From assembly GCA_963728205.1 (NCBI GenBank), contig CAVSIV010000004.1, positions 128,001-192,000 on the forward strand: 64,000 bases of DNA, written 5' to 3'. The stretch is from an uncultured Chloroflexia bacterium (lineage in GTDB: Bacteria; Chloroflexota; Dehalococcoidia; UBA2979). The position numbers and the translations under genes are program-made. Of this stretch, positions 9,324 through 19,538 are shown piece by piece. The notes beneath the pieces are model-generated. The model saw only the letters and a program-made list of their open reading frames with translations, searched no databases and was not told the origin of the DNA. The number at the start of each line of letters is the position of its first letter. Within the stretch, counting starts at the first letter, position 1.

Positions 9324-9848
9324 ATGCCGCGCTACATCGCCGCACAGTACGGGGATCGGCGGCGCTACCTCCTCAAGGGGCTCCGTGAGATCGCCCATCG
9401 CATCGCGGAGCTCGTCGGCGACCTCGACGAGCGCCAGCTCTCCGCGCGCCCGAGCGAGCTCGACGAAGAGTGGTGCGTGAAGGAGATCGTCGGCTTCCTG
9501 CGCGACAGCGAGCGCGAGGACCTGCAGGCGATCGAGGCGATGCTCCGGCGCAACGGCGCCGCGCTGACCCCGCGACGCGCCCAGTACGGCCCCCTCGATC
9601 ACGACTACCGCTCCGCGTCCACGCACGTCGAGGAGCTGGTCTGGGACTTCCTTGCGCTGCGCGAGGAGGTGGTCTGGACGCTCCGTGGCGAGCCCGAGGC
9701 GTGGGAGCGCACCGGGCGCGACCCGGTTCGCGGCGAGGTGACGATGGTCCGCCACGTGCAGGAGATGAACGAGCGGGACCTGGACGCCATGTGGCGCATC
9801 CAGCGGATCGCGGATCACCTCGCCCCGCGGTCCCGCCGGGGCGCCTGA
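9324..9848 (+). CDS. DinB-family protein
   Basis: EWCVKEIVGFLRD resembles DinB WSxxEIxGHL; the usual His ligands appear substituted. Confidence 0.65.
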   Translation: MPRYIAAQYGDRRRYLLKGLREIAHRIAELVGDLDERQLSARPSELDEEWCVKEIVGFLRDSEREDLQAIEAMLRRNGAALTPRRAQYGPLDHDYRSASTHVEELVWDFLALREEVVWTLRGEPEAWERTGRDPVRGEVTMVRHVQEMNERDLDAMWRIQRIADHLAPRSRRGA

Positions 9849-9873
9849 GCCGGGTGCTCGCGGCGATCGGGAG

Positions 9874-11721
9874 TCAGGCGGTCGGCGCCGCCAGCGCGTC
9901 GTCGACCGCGTGCATCAGCTGATCCGGATCCGTCAGTGCCGCTGAGCACAGGTGGCCGACACAGACGTACGCCACACGCGCTCGGTCGTGCGGCAGCCCC
10001 AGCTGGTCGAGTAGGTCGACGTCGCCGTCCCGGTAGAGGCGCTGCACGGTGCGCGACGCGAGCGGCAGGCGCAGCGCGCGCTCGAAGAGCGGGTCGGCGA
10101 CGCGGTCCGGTTCGCCGGGCGGCGTCTCCGCCACGATCTTGAACTCGGGCTCGGCGGAGAGCAGGCGATCGGCGACACGCGCGAAGTCGGCGTCGTCGGC
10201 GCCGCGTTCGCGGAATGAGCCCGCGAACTCCGCGAGGACCTGCTGCGCGGTGCGCAGGAAGCGGTCGTCGTGCGTGAGGCGCCCGAGCCACAGCAGCGCC
10301 TCGGCCATCGCGGCGTTGTCGACGACGGGCTTGCGGCCCTCGGCCAGCAGGCCGGTCGTGTCGTGCTGTTCGGCCGTGTCCCAGAACGCCCCCGCCGGAT
10401 CGCGCCACTCGCGTTCGACGATGCGCGCGAGGTTGCGCGCCTGGTCGAGGTACGCCTGCGCCCCTGTGACCTCGTACGCGTGCAGCAGCGCGAGCAACAT
10501 CTGCGCCTGGTCGGCGAGCAGGCCGAGCGTGTGCGCGGCGCCACCCTCCCAGACGTGGTACATGCCGGCTTCGCCGGCCCGCATGTTCGACGCCAGGAAG
10601 TCGACCGCGACGCAGCCGCGCTCGACCCAGTCGTGCCGCTGGAAGGCAATCCCGCACTGGATCAGGCCGCGAGCGAGGGCAGCGGTTGACGCCGTGTAAA
10701 CGCGACGGTCGACCTCGGGCGAGCCGTGCGCCGAGCGGCCGGCTTCGTCCTTCGCGTAGTAGGCGGGGTCGGCGTCCTGCGCGGCGTGGAAGCCGCCGCT
10801 GGCCTCGCCGAGCACGCGCGTGAGGTACCCGATCGTCTGCTCGACGACAGGCATCGCCCACTCGCGGGCGTCCTCGTCGACCAGCGCGAGCTCGCCGAGC
10901 GCCAGCAGCAGGCCGCCCTGGTCGCGCGCGCGCTTCTCGAACTCCGGCTCACCCCAGTCCGCGCGGCCCGCCGCGCGGAAGAAGCCGCCCTCGGTCGCGT
11001 CGTACAGCGCGCTGCGCGTCAGCTCGTTGAGCGTGAAGCGCGCGTGCGCGAGCGCGCCGGTGTCGCCGCGGCGGCGGTGCGCGTAGAGGAGGAGTCGCAG
11101 CGCGCCGGGGTCGGTCAGCTTGCGCGCGTCGCCCTCGGCCGGCGCGACCGCATCGGCCGCCGGCTCCGGGTGGAAGCCGCCGTGCTCCCGGTCGTAGCGC
11201 TGCTCGAGCGCCGCCAGTGCGGCGTCCAGGGACTCCGGCGTGAGGTATCCGCCCGTCGTGGCGAGCATCAGCCCCTGGTGCCGGCGCGTCCGCTCCGCCT
11301 CGATATCCTCGGCGATCACCGCGCGCTCCGCCCGCCACCGCGCGCCCACGCGCTCGAGCAGCTCGAGCATGGCGTCGGGGCGCAGGAACCGCGCGGCGGT
11401 GATCACGTCGCCGTCGGCGGTGAGGATGGCCGTCGTCGGCCAGCCACCGGCGTTGTATCGCGCATCAAGATCCGGGCGCTCGTCGGCGTCCACGCGGACC
11501 GGCACGAACTCGCGAGTGAGCAGATCAATCACGCGGTCGTCGGAGTACGTCGTTTCGTCCATCGCGTGGCACCAGTACGACCACGAGGCCGAGATCGCGA
11601 GCAGCACCGGCCGGTCGCTCTCGCGCGCACGCGCGAGCGCGTCGGCGCCCCATTCCAGCCACGGAATGGCCTCCGCGCGGTTGGGGCGCGGCGAGAAGTG
11701 GAATAGGTTGGGCTGCGTCAT
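9874..11721 (-). CDS. DUF255 thioredoxin-domain protein (YyaL/SSP411-like)
   Basis: IPWLEWG, WSYWCHAMDETTYSD, VDADERPD, GGWPTT, YDATEGGFFR. Confidence 0.85.
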   Translation of the reverse strand: MTQPNLFHFSPRPNRAEAIPWLEWGADALARARESDRPVLLAISASWSYWCHAMDETTYSDDRVIDLLTREFVPVRVDADERPDLDARYNAGGWPTTAILTADGDVITAARFLRPDAMLELLERVGARWRAERAVIAEDIEAERTRRHQGLMLATTGGYLTPESLDAALAALEQRYDREHGGFHPEPAADAVAPAEGDARKLTDPGALRLLLYAHRRRGDTGALAHARFTLNELTRSALYDATEGGFFRAAGRADWGEPEFEKRARDQGGLLLALGELALVDEDAREWAMPVVEQTIGYLTRVLGEASGGFHAAQDADPAYYAKDEAGRSAHGSPEVDRRVYTASTAALARGLIQCGIAFQRHDWVERGCVAVDFLASNMRAGEAGMYHVWEGGAAHTLGLLADQAQMLLALLHAYEVTGAQAYLDQARNLARIVEREWRDPAGAFWDTAEQHDTTGLLAEGRKPVVDNAAMAEALLWLGRLTHDDRFLRTAQQVLAEFAGSFRERGADDADFARVADRLLSAEPEFKIVAETPPGEPDRVADPLFERALRLPLASRTVQRLYRDGDVDLLDQLGLPHDRARVAYVCVGHLCSAALTDPDQLMHAVDDALAAPTA

Positions 11722-11875
11722 CACGAGCAGACCTCCGTCGTCCCCGCCTCTCGATCGTAACAGGGGGAGGCCGTGCGAGCGCGGGCCATCATTCCCATTG
11801 TGGTAGGACCAACGGCACGCTGGCGATGCGGGATGCCCCGATGCCGCCCGCACCGCGGCGCGGGGCGCGGTGGCG

Positions 11876-13777
11876 CTACGCCTCGGCGGCGCGCCGCACC
11901 ATCTCGGCCGCGACTTCGTAGCGGCCGAACGACGGCATGATGTAGATGCCGGAGACGAACTCGAGCGCGCGCGTCTCGGCAACGTGCTCGAGCGCGATCT
12001 CGATCCCGGCGGCGACGCCCTGCTCGCCGGCGGCGCGCATCCGCGCGCGGATCGCCGCCGGGACCGTCACGCCGGCGAGCTCGTTGTGGATGAACTCCGC
12101 GTGCCGCGAGGACATCAGGGGCAGCACTCCGAGCAGCACCGGCACGTCGACCGGGCCCAGCGCGTCGAAGAACGCGTGGACGGTCGCGGCGTCGTAGACG
12201 GGCTGCGTCATCAGCAGGTCGGCGCCGGCGTCCAGCTTCGCGCGCACGCGGCGCAGCTCGAGCGCGACGTCCTCGGCGGTGGGGTTCGCGGCGCAGGCGA
12301 CGAAGAAGTCGGTCGCGCGGCCAATCGAGTTGCCGCTGAAGTCGACGCCCTCGTTCAGTCGCTTGAGGACGCGGATGAAGCCGATCGAGTCGACGTCCCA
12401 GACGGCGGATGAGCGCGAGGCCTCGGATGGTGGGTCGCCGGTGAGCGCGATGATGTTGCGGATGCCGAGCGCGTAGGCGCCCAGCAGGTCCGACTGCAGC
12501 GCCATCAGGTTCCGGTCGCGCGTGGTCTGGTGGATGATCGTCTCGATCCCCACCTGCTGCTGGATCTGCACGGCGAGCGAGAGCGCGCTCATGCGCACGC
12601 GCGCCATCGGCGAGTCGCCGATGTTGATCGCGTCGGCGCCGGCGTCGCGCAGCTCGCGCGCGCCCTGGATCGCCTTGCGCGGGTTCACGCCGCGGGGCGG
12701 GTCGATCTCGACGGAGATCACGAACTTGCCGGCGGCGAGCTTCTCGCGCAGCAGCGGCGTCTCGTGGGCGGCCGCGGGCTCACGCGGCTCGGGCGGCCCC
12801 TCCGCGGCGGCCATCGCGCCGCGCGTGTCGACGGCCTCGCCGACCGGCGCGGCTACCCGGTCGCCGACCTCGACGACGCCGGCGCCGGAGAGCGCCGCGC
12901 GCATCGCCGCGACGTGCGCCGGGGTGGTGCCGCAGCAACCGCCGACGAAGGCGGCGCCGAGGTCCTTCGCGCGCAACGCGAAGTCGGCGAGGTACTCGGG
13001 CGTCGACGGGTAGACGAGGTCGCCGCCGGCGACGCGCGGCATGCCGGCGTTCGGCTTCACCGCGAGCGGCGCAAGCTCCGGGTGCCCGGCGAGCTGCTGC
13101 ATGATGTCGAGCGCCGCCTGCGGGCCGACACCGCAGTTCACGCCGACGAGGTCGGCGCCGGCCGCGGTCAGCGCGCGCGCGCCGTCGAGCAGCGACTCGC
13201 CGGAGACCGTCGTCAGCCCCGCGGTGAAGTTCAGCATCGCAATCGCGGGAAGATCGCAAAGGCGTCGCGCGACGCCCAGCGCGGCGAGCGCCTCCGCCAG
13301 CGACGGCATCGTCTCGATCACGACCAGGTCGACGCCGCCCTCCAGCAGCGCGCCGATCTGCTCCTCGAACGCCGCCTCCGCGTCCCCGAGCGTAATTGCG
13401 CCGATCGCGAGATCGCGTCCCACCGGGCCGACCGAGCCCGCGACGAAGACGGGGCTGCCCTGGATCTCGCGCGCGTCGCGGGCGAGCCGCGCGGCCTGGA
13501 AGTTCGCCTCGCGGACGCGGTCGGCGAGGCCGTCGCGCCGCATCAGGTAGCGGTTCGCGGTGAAGGTGTTCGTGAGCAGGAGGTCGGCGCCCGCGGCGAT
13601 GTAGTCCTCGTGCAGCCGGCGCACGAGATCGGGCTGTTCGAGCACGGCCAGGTCATTGCGACCGTGCCACCCGCGCTGGCGGAGCGCGGTTCCGGTGGCG
13701 CCGTCGCCCAGCACCACGCCGTGCTCGACGGCACGGAGGAACGGGTGCGTCAGGCGCGTGGATGACGTAGGCGGCAC
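11876..13777 (-). CDS. Bifunctional homocysteine S-methyltransferase / methylenetetrahydrofolate reductase (YitJ-like)
   Basis: DGATGT, GVNC, PNAG, GGCCGTTP, then VEIDPP, DSPMARVRMS, TGDPP, TQPVYD. Confidence 0.92.
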   Translation of the reverse strand: MPPTSSTRLTHPFLRAVEHGVVLGDGATGTALRQRGWHGRNDLAVLEQPDLVRRLHEDYIAAGADLLLTNTFTANRYLMRRDGLADRVREANFQAARLARDAREIQGSPVFVAGSVGPVGRDLAIGAITLGDAEAAFEEQIGALLEGGVDLVVIETMPSLAEALAALGVARRLCDLPAIAMLNFTAGLTTVSGESLLDGARALTAAGADLVGVNCGVGPQAALDIMQQLAGHPELAPLAVKPNAGMPRVAGGDLVYPSTPEYLADFALRAKDLGAAFVGGCCGTTPAHVAAMRAALSGAGVVEVGDRVAAPVGEAVDTRGAMAAAEGPPEPREPAAAHETPLLREKLAAGKFVISVEIDPPRGVNPRKAIQGARELRDAGADAINIGDSPMARVRMSALSLAVQIQQQVGIETIIHQTTRDRNLMALQSDLLGAYALGIRNIIALTGDPPSEASRSSAVWDVDSIGFIRVLKRLNEGVDFSGNSIGRATDFFVACAANPTAEDVALELRRVRAKLDAGADLLMTQPVYDAATVHAFFDALGPVDVPVLLGVLPLMSSRHAEFIHNELAGVTVPAAIRARMRAAGEQGVAAGIEIALEHVAETRALEFVSGIYIMPSFGRYEVAAEMVRRAAEA

Positions 13778-13796
13778 GGGCGCGACCTCGGAGCCT

Positions 13797-14210
13797 TCAG
13801 GATGCGTGCGAGTCGCGCGAGCGCAGCACGAGCCACGCGAGCAGGATCAGGACGACCCACACGGGGAGCGAGAAGCGCGTGATGTGGAAGCTCGCGATGC
13901 TGAACCACGCGAAGCCGCTGGCGATCACCACCACGAGGAGGATCGCGAGCAGCACGAGCAGCGCCTGCCCCGAGCGCGGGCCGGCCGGGCCGGCCGCGCC
14001 GGCGGCCGGCGCATCCCCGCGCGGCTCCGGCATCACGATCCAGAGCACGATGTATGCCACCAGGGCGCCGCCGCCGAGCAGGGCCAGGGCGACGAATGCG
14101 AGGCGCACGAGCGTGGGGTCGAGATCGAAGTACTCCGCGATGCCCGCTGCGACGCCCGCCACCTTGCGATCGTGGCTGCGGGTCAGGCGCCGCGGGGGGG
14201 TGTCGGCCAT
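13797..14210 (-). CDS. PspC-domain membrane protein
   Basis: RLTRSHDRKVAGVAAGIAEYFDLDPTLVRL...YIVLWIVMP. Confidence 0.9.
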   Translation of the reverse strand: MADTPPRRLTRSHDRKVAGVAAGIAEYFDLDPTLVRLAFVALALLGGGALVAYIVLWIVMPEPRGDAPAAGAAGPAGPRSGQALLVLLAILLVVVIASGFAWFSIASFHITRFSLPVWVVLILLAWLVLRSRDSHAS

Positions 14211-14272
14211 ACACGCATGGTAGCGGAGCCGGGGCGCAGCCTCGACCGCCGCCGCCGCGCGCACCGGCCGGC

Positions 14273-14728
14273 TCAGGCCGGCTGCGCCGCGCGCTCGCGG
14301 AGCAGTCGCTCAATCGTCGCGTAGTCCGCGTCCGAGATCTTGTGCAGGTTGCCGCGAAACGCCATGCCCAGCTTCTTCGGGCCGAGCTTCCGCGTCTTGT
14401 CCAGCAGGTCGGTGATCTCTCGCACGTCGATGTACTCGCCCGCGGGCGGCACGACCACCGGCTTCGTCGTGATGCGGTAGGGGAAGTCCTCGTCGGGCTT
14501 GCCCTCCGATGCGAGTCCGATGTCCTTGTGGTCCTCGTACGCCTCGCCCGTCACCTCGACGATGCCGCCGAACTCGACGACGCCGGTGAGATAGAAGACG
14601 AGCCGGTCGCCGGGCGCCATCTGGCTCGACTCGCGACGGCGGCTGGACTTGAACGCGCAGACGTCGAATCCGCGCTCGCGTAGGACTTCGAAGTTGTCGG
14701 GCGAGCCGACCACGATCCAGGGCTGCAT
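14273..14728 (-). CDS. EVE-domain protein
   Basis: WIVVGSPDNF, MAPGDRLVFY, C-terminal ISDADY. Confidence 0.8.
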   Translation of the reverse strand: MQPWIVVGSPDNFEVLRERGFDVCAFKSSRRRESSQMAPGDRLVFYLTGVVEFGGIVEVTGEAYEDHKDIGLASEGKPDEDFPYRITTKPVVVPPAGEYIDVREITDLLDKTRKLGPKKLGMAFRGNLHKISDADYATIERLLRERAAQPA

Positions 14729-14801
14729 CGCACCCTCCCTCCGGGGAAGCAGGGTCAGGATATCGGAGCGCGGGCGCGACGGCGCAACGACAGGGGAAAC
14801 A

Positions 14802-14829
14802 ACGGGGCCCCGCTCGAGCGGGGCCCCGT
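14802..14829 (-). terminator. Intrinsic terminator after the Fe-S carrier gene
   Basis: Perfect 28-bp palindrome ACGGGGCCCCGCTC/GAGCGGGGCCCCGT followed by TGTTT on the minus strand. Confidence 0.65.
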
Positions 14830-14852
14830 GTGCGTTCGGGCGGGTGGTGGCG

Positions 14853-15284
14853 CTACGCGCAGGGGCGCGGCGTGCCGGGGTTCGCGGCGGTCTGGAACGA
14901 CGAGCCGCACGCGCAGGAGGAGACGGCGTTCGGGTTGTAGATCGTGAAGCCGGCCTTCATCAGGTCCTCGACGTAGTCGATCTCGGCGCCCTGGATCATG
15001 GACACGGAGTCGGAATCGACGACGACGCGCACGCCGCTGCCGGCGTCCACGATGCGGTCGTCGGCGTCGGCCTCGTCGGCGATTGCCATGCCGTACTGGT
15101 AGCCGGAGCAGCCCCCGCCGACGACGAAGACGCGGAGCATGCCTTCGGCGTGCCCACGGTCGGCGAGGAGTTGCTTTGCGCGGCCGGCGGCGCGCTCCGT
15201 GATCGAGACAAGACTGCCAGCGACCTCGGGCTCAGGAGCCGCCTGCCGGGTGATCGGCGCGCCCATGCCGGGAATGCTCGTCAT
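14853..15284 (-). CDS. HesB/IscA/ErpA A-type Fe-S carrier
   Basis: GGGCSGYQYGM and NPNAVSSCACGSSF; alternative start at 15332; TATAAT at 15356-15361. Confidence 0.92.
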   Translation of the reverse strand: MTSIPGMGAPITRQAAPEPEVAGSLVSITERAAGRAKQLLADRGHAEGMLRVFVVGGGCSGYQYGMAIADEADADDRIVDAGSGVRVVVDSDSVSMIQGAEIDYVEDLMKAGFTIYNPNAVSSCACGSSFQTAANPGTPRPCA

Positions 15285-15452
15285 CTGTAGCCGCCCTTCG
15301 GTCAAGTGTTCGGTCTGCTCAGCCGATGCCATCGCACGTCGGCCGCGACCGTCCCATTATACGGTGCGCCGCCCATCCGTCGAATTGCGCAGCCGCGGGT
15401 TCGCTTTCTACGCGGATCGCGCGCACTCCCACGGCGGCCGGCCGCCGGCGCG

Positions 15453-16154
15453 CTACGCGCCCTCAGGCGCCCCGCCGTCGCGCACCACGTACCCGCAGAG
15501 GAACTCGTGGGGAATCTCGTCGGGAGGGAGCAGCGCGACGGACGCGCGGAGCACATGCTCGAGCATCCGCCGGTCGTGATCGCAGGCCTGATCGGCGACG
15601 CCGGCGGCGCCGAGGCGCGTGCACGGGCAGCCGCGGCCGAAGAGCCGCACCTCCGTCGCGCCGTCCGCCCGCTCCGCCTCCGTGACCTCGAAGTCGATGC
15701 CCTCGTCGCGAATCAGCGCCACGGCGGAGCGTGCGCGAGCGGCGAGCGTGTCGCCACTCACGAGCGGCGCGTACTCGTGCGCGATGCGCTCGGACATCTT
15801 CTCGAACACGAGGTTCGCGATCTCGCCGCCCGCGCGCCCGGCGGTCTCGCCGGGGCCGAGCGCAACGATCTCCTCGAGCAGGCGATGCGTGAGGCGCACG
15901 TAGTGGTGGGGAAAGAGCTCTTCGCCGGACTCGGTCAGCGAGAAGAGGTGACGCGGGCGCCCCGTGCGTCCGCGCGCCTGCGTGACACCGACGTAGCTAT
16001 CGCGAAGGAGCACGTCGAGGTGGCGACGGACGGTCGCGCCGGTGAGATCGAGCTCGCGGGCCAGCTCGTCGACGGAGACGCCGCCGCCCCGCCGCCGCAG
16101 GATGTTGAGGATCTCCTGGCGCGTGCCCTCGATCCGGCCGCCGATGGTGGTCAT
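15453..16154 (-). CDS. SufR-like HTH transcriptional regulator
   Basis: N-terminal wHTH (TVRRHLDVL, GRPRHLFSLT, FPHHY); C-terminal cysteines (GCPC, CDHD, CGY); next to the Fe-S carrier. Confidence 0.75.
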   Translation of the reverse strand: MTTIGGRIEGTRQEILNILRRRGGGVSVDELARELDLTGATVRRHLDVLLRDSYVGVTQARGRTGRPRHLFSLTESGEELFPHHYVRLTHRLLEEIVALGPGETAGRAGGEIANLVFEKMSERIAHEYAPLVSGDTLAARARSAVALIRDEGIDFEVTEAERADGATEVRLFGRGCPCTRLGAAGVADQACDHDRRMLEHVLRASVALLPPDEIPHEFLCGYVVRDGGAPEGA

Positions 16155-16220
16155 CGTGCTCAGGATAGCAGGTTTCTCGACTTTAGCAGCGAATAACGTG
16201 CAAAAGTGGGCACGGGGCGG

Positions 16221-16703
16221 TCACTCCCCGGGGCACGCGGCGCGCGCTGCCCAGCTTCCGGGCCGCGTCCAATCGACGTTGCCGGGGGGAGTGAGCAGTG
16301 CCGCCATGCCTGCCGCCACGACGGTGAGGACGCAGGCGACGGTCGCGCCGAAGAGTCCCCAGGTCGCCGTCGTCGGCACGCCCACGTTCGCGGTCGTCGC
16401 AATCATTCGCCAGTACCCGGCGCACATCACGAGCACATAGGCGGCAGAGCCGGCGGCGACTGCGAGCGGCCACCGCCGCTCCGCGATACCCGCGTACCAC
16501 GCCACGAACATCGCGAGGACGACGGCGCCGATCACGATACCCGCGACGGGCGCCTCCAGATCGAGATCGGTCACGATAGGTCCATCGCTGCGGATCAGCC
16601 AGGCGTCGTTCAAGAAGCCAGCGCAGAACAGGAGCACGCCGCAGCCCGCGCCGACGACGAAGACGGCATGGTGTGCCGGGGTACGGAAGCGGGGACGCCG
16701 CAT
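16221..16703 (-). CDS. Hypothetical 4-TM membrane protein
   Basis: Protein-like hydrophobic tail of ORF 16221..20174 starting MRRPRFRTP; fills the gap between the regulator and the desulfurase. Confidence 0.55.
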   Translation of the reverse strand: MRRPRFRTPAHHAVFVVGAGCGVLLFCAGFLNDAWLIRSDGPIVTDLDLEAPVAGIVIGAVVLAMFVAWYAGIAERRWPLAVAAGSAAYVLVMCAGYWRMIATTANVGVPTTATWGLFGATVACVLTVVAAGMAALLTPPGNVDWTRPGSWAARAACPGE

Positions 16704-16751
16704 GAGCCCGAGTCTAGACCGGCGCGGCCGGGCCCGGGGTATGCTCGCTGC

Positions 16752-18050
16752 GTGACGTCGACACCGCCCCCGCACTCGCCCCGCACCGCGAACGGCGACC
16801 TCCAGCACGGCCGCTCCGCGCCCTCCGAGCGCGTCTATCTCGACCATGCGGCGACCACGCCGCCCGACCCCGCGGTCGTCGACTCCATGCTCCCTTACCT
16901 GCGCGAGCACTGGCACAACCCCTCGTCGATCTACGTGGAGGCGCAGCGGGCCGCGCAGGCGCTCGACGAGTCGCGTGCGACCGTAGCGCGCGCCATTGGC
17001 GCCGCGCCGGACGAGATCGTGTTCACCTCGGGCGGCTCGGAGTCGGACAGCCTCGCGTTGCGCGGCGTGCTCGCGGCGGCGGCGCGGCGGGGTCGGCACC
17101 TCGTCACCACCACGGTCGAGCACCACGCCGTGCTCGACACCGTCGAGCAGCTCGAGCGGGACGGCGCGGCCGAGGTCACGCGCGTGCCGGTCGGCGCGGA
17201 CGGCCGCGTCGACCCCTCCGCCGTCGAGGCGGCGGTGCGCGACGACACCGTGCTCGTCTCGGTGATGCACGCGAACAACGAGGTCGGCGCCGTCAACGAC
17301 CTCGCCGAGATCGCGCGGCGCGTGCACGCGCGCAACCCGCGCATCGCGGTGCACACGGACGCCGTGCAGTCCGCCGCGCACCTCGGCGTGCACGTCGACC
17401 GACTCGGCGTCGACCTGCTGACCTTCACCGCGCACAAGCTCTACGGCCCGCGCGGCGCGGGCGCGCTCTACGTGCGCGCCGGCACGCCGCTCGCCGCGCA
17501 GATCATCGGCGGCGGCCAGGAGCGCCGGCTGCGCGCCGGCACCGAGAACACGCCGGCCATTGTCGGCTTCGCGACGGCGGTTGCGCTCGCGGCCGAGCGG
17601 CGCGAGGCGGACCTCGCGCACGAGCGCGCGCTGCAGGCGCGGCTGATCGACGAGCTGCCGCGGCGCGTGCCGCTGGTCGGCATCACGGGCCCGCGCGGCG
17701 TCGACGACCGCCTGCCCGGCAACGTCTCGTGCGTGGTCGCCTTCGTCGAGGGCGAGTCGATCCTGCTCGCGCTCGACCTCGCCGGCGTGGCTGCGTCGTC
17801 GGGCTCGGCGTGCACGACGGGCTCCGTCGAGCCGAGCCACGTGCTCGTCGCGATGGGCCTGCCGGCGGAGCTCGCGCGCGGCTCGCTGCGCTTCACGCTC
17901 GGCCGCCAGAACACCGACGCCGACATCGACCGCCTGCTGGCGGTGCTGCCGCCCATCGTCGCGCGGCTCCGCGCGCTCTCGCCGGTGCCCACGACGGAGG
18001 CCCCGCCCGAGTACGCGCCGTGGCTCGACCGTGCAGGCGCGCCGCGCTAA
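16752..18050 (+). CDS. iscS: Cysteine desulfurase (IscS/NifS type)
   Basis: YLDHAATT, FTSGGSESD, HTDAVQ, TAHKLYGP, RAGTEN, SSGSAC. Confidence 0.93.
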   Translation: MTSTPPPHSPRTANGDLQHGRSAPSERVYLDHAATTPPDPAVVDSMLPYLREHWHNPSSIYVEAQRAAQALDESRATVARAIGAAPDEIVFTSGGSESDSLALRGVLAAAARRGRHLVTTTVEHHAVLDTVEQLERDGAAEVTRVPVGADGRVDPSAVEAAVRDDTVLVSVMHANNEVGAVNDLAEIARRVHARNPRIAVHTDAVQSAAHLGVHVDRLGVDLLTFTAHKLYGPRGAGALYVRAGTPLAAQIIGGGQERRLRAGTENTPAIVGFATAVALAAERREADLAHERALQARLIDELPRRVPLVGITGPRGVDDRLPGNVSCVVAFVEGESILLALDLAGVAASSGSACTTGSVEPSHVLVAMGLPAELARGSLRFTLGRQNTDADIDRLLAVLPPIVARLRALSPVPTTEAPPEYAPWLDRAGAPR

Positions 18051-18197
18051 CTTGCTGCGCGACGCCCCCGAGCGCCGGCTCGCACGCGGCGGCGCGTGAC
18101 CGCGAGCCCGCGCGCCGGGGTACGATCCGGGGGACGGTCGCGCACCTCGCGACCGCGCCGCCCCGGGCGGCATCGTGCGAGAAGCGGGGACTGCCTC

Positions 18198-18896
18198 ATG
18201 ACCACCGCCCCCAACGTCGGGCTCGGCAACCCGGCCCTCGGCCGCATCCGCGACACCACCTCCGTCGAGGAGGAGATCCGCAAGAACGTCCTCGTGACGT
18301 CGGTCGACGGGCTCCTGAACTGGGCCCGCTCGTCGTCGCTGTGGCCCGCAACCTTCGGGCTCGCCTGCTGCGCCATCGAGATGATCGCCTCGGCGGCCTC
18401 GCGCTACGACATCGCGCGCTTCGGCTCGGAGGTCTTCCGCGCGTCGCCGCGCCAGGCCGACCTGATGATCGTGGCCGGCACGGTGACATGGAAGATGTCC
18501 CCGGTGCTGCGCCGCATCTACATGCAGATGCCCGACCCGAAGTGGGTGATCTCGATGGGCGGCTGCGCGACGATGGGCGGCCCCTTCGCCTTCGCGTACT
18601 CGGTGCTGCCGGGCGTGAACCTCGTCGCGCCGGTCGACGTCTACGTGCCGGGCTGCCCGCCGCGGCCGGAGTCGCTGCTGCAGGGCCTGATGATGCTGCA
18701 GGAGAAGATCCGGCACTTCGAGGTCACCGGTCAGCGCGCGCGCCCCGAGCCGAACGGCGACTTCTCGCCGTACCTGCCCGAGGGCGATCCGATCCGCAGG
18801 GAGCTCGAGTCGCTGTTCCCGCCGTTCGAGGGGCTCAACGACCCGTCGCGCCGCACCGGGGGCGTCCCGCTCAGCGATCTCATCGAGCACCAGTAG
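18198..18896 (+). CDS. nuoB: NADH-quinone oxidoreductase subunit B
   Basis: [45 protein letters not shown]. Confidence 0.93.
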   Translation: MTTAPNVGLGNPALGRIRDTTSVEEEIRKNVLVTSVDGLLNWARSSSLWPATFGLACCAIEMIASAASRYDIARFGSEVFRASPRQADLMIVAGTVTWKMSPVLRRIYMQMPDPKWVISMGGCATMGGPFAFAYSVLPGVNLVAPVDVYVPGCPPRPESLLQGLMMLQEKIRHFEVTGQRARPEPNGDFSPYLPEGDPIRRELESLFPPFEGLNDPSRRTGGVPLSDLIEHQ

Positions 18897-19076
18897 CGGC
18901 CTCTCCCGCGCTGTCGCGTTCGCGCGAATGCTTCGAGCCCCGCTGGTCGGGGCTCGTATCCTTGATCCGCGGTCGCGCGGCGGCGGTCCCCGATTTGACA
19001 CGGTCGAGGCTCGTGGCGAACATCGCCCGCGGCCCAGGCGGCAAAACGGTATGTGGCTAGCTGCGAGGAGAGCCCC

Positions 19077-19511
19077 GTGAAGATTCGAAGCGCCTTCGAA
19101 GCCTTGATCCGGCCGAGCGAGGTCGGCTACGCGCACTGCGACCTGCCCTGCGGCGTGTACGACCCCGCGCAGGCGCGCATCGAGGCCGAGTCCGTGAAGG
19201 CGATCCAAGAGCGCTACCAGAACGCCGAGAGCGCGAAGAGCGCGGCCGAGACGGTGGACGACTACCGCGGCCGCTGCGTCTCGATCAAGGAGCAGCGCGC
19301 GCACATCGTGAAGGAGCACCTGTGGGTGCTCTGGACCGACTACTTCAAGCCGAACCACCTCGAGAAGTACCCGCAGCTGCACGAGCTGTTCTGGAACGCG
19401 ACGAAGGAAGCCGGCCTGGCGAAGAAGTCCGAGGACCCCGCGCAGGGCCAGAAGCTGCTCGACCTGATCGGCGAGATCGACAAGATCTTCTGGGAGACGA
19501 AGAAGGCCTAG
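19077..19511 (+). CDS. sodN: Nickel superoxide dismutase precursor
   Basis: Ni-hook AHCDLPCGVYDPAQA, LWVLWTDYFK, IFWETK; GTG after GAGGAG. Confidence 0.95.
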   Translation: MKIRSAFEALIRPSEVGYAHCDLPCGVYDPAQARIEAESVKAIQERYQNAESAKSAAETVDDYRGRCVSIKEQRAHIVKEHLWVLWTDYFKPNHLEKYPQLHELFWNATKEAGLAKKSEDPAQGQKLLDLIGEIDKIFWETKKA

Positions 19512-19538
19512 TCCCGCTCCGCGCGGCGCTCCCATCCC

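Noticed and set aside
13778-13796. SAM riboswitch before the homocysteine methyltransferase gene
   Set aside because: Only 19 nt separate it from the upstream gene.
14853-15284. Additional selenoproteins (HesB-like carrier, peroxiredoxin)
   Set aside because: Both have ordinary Cys codons at the relevant sites.
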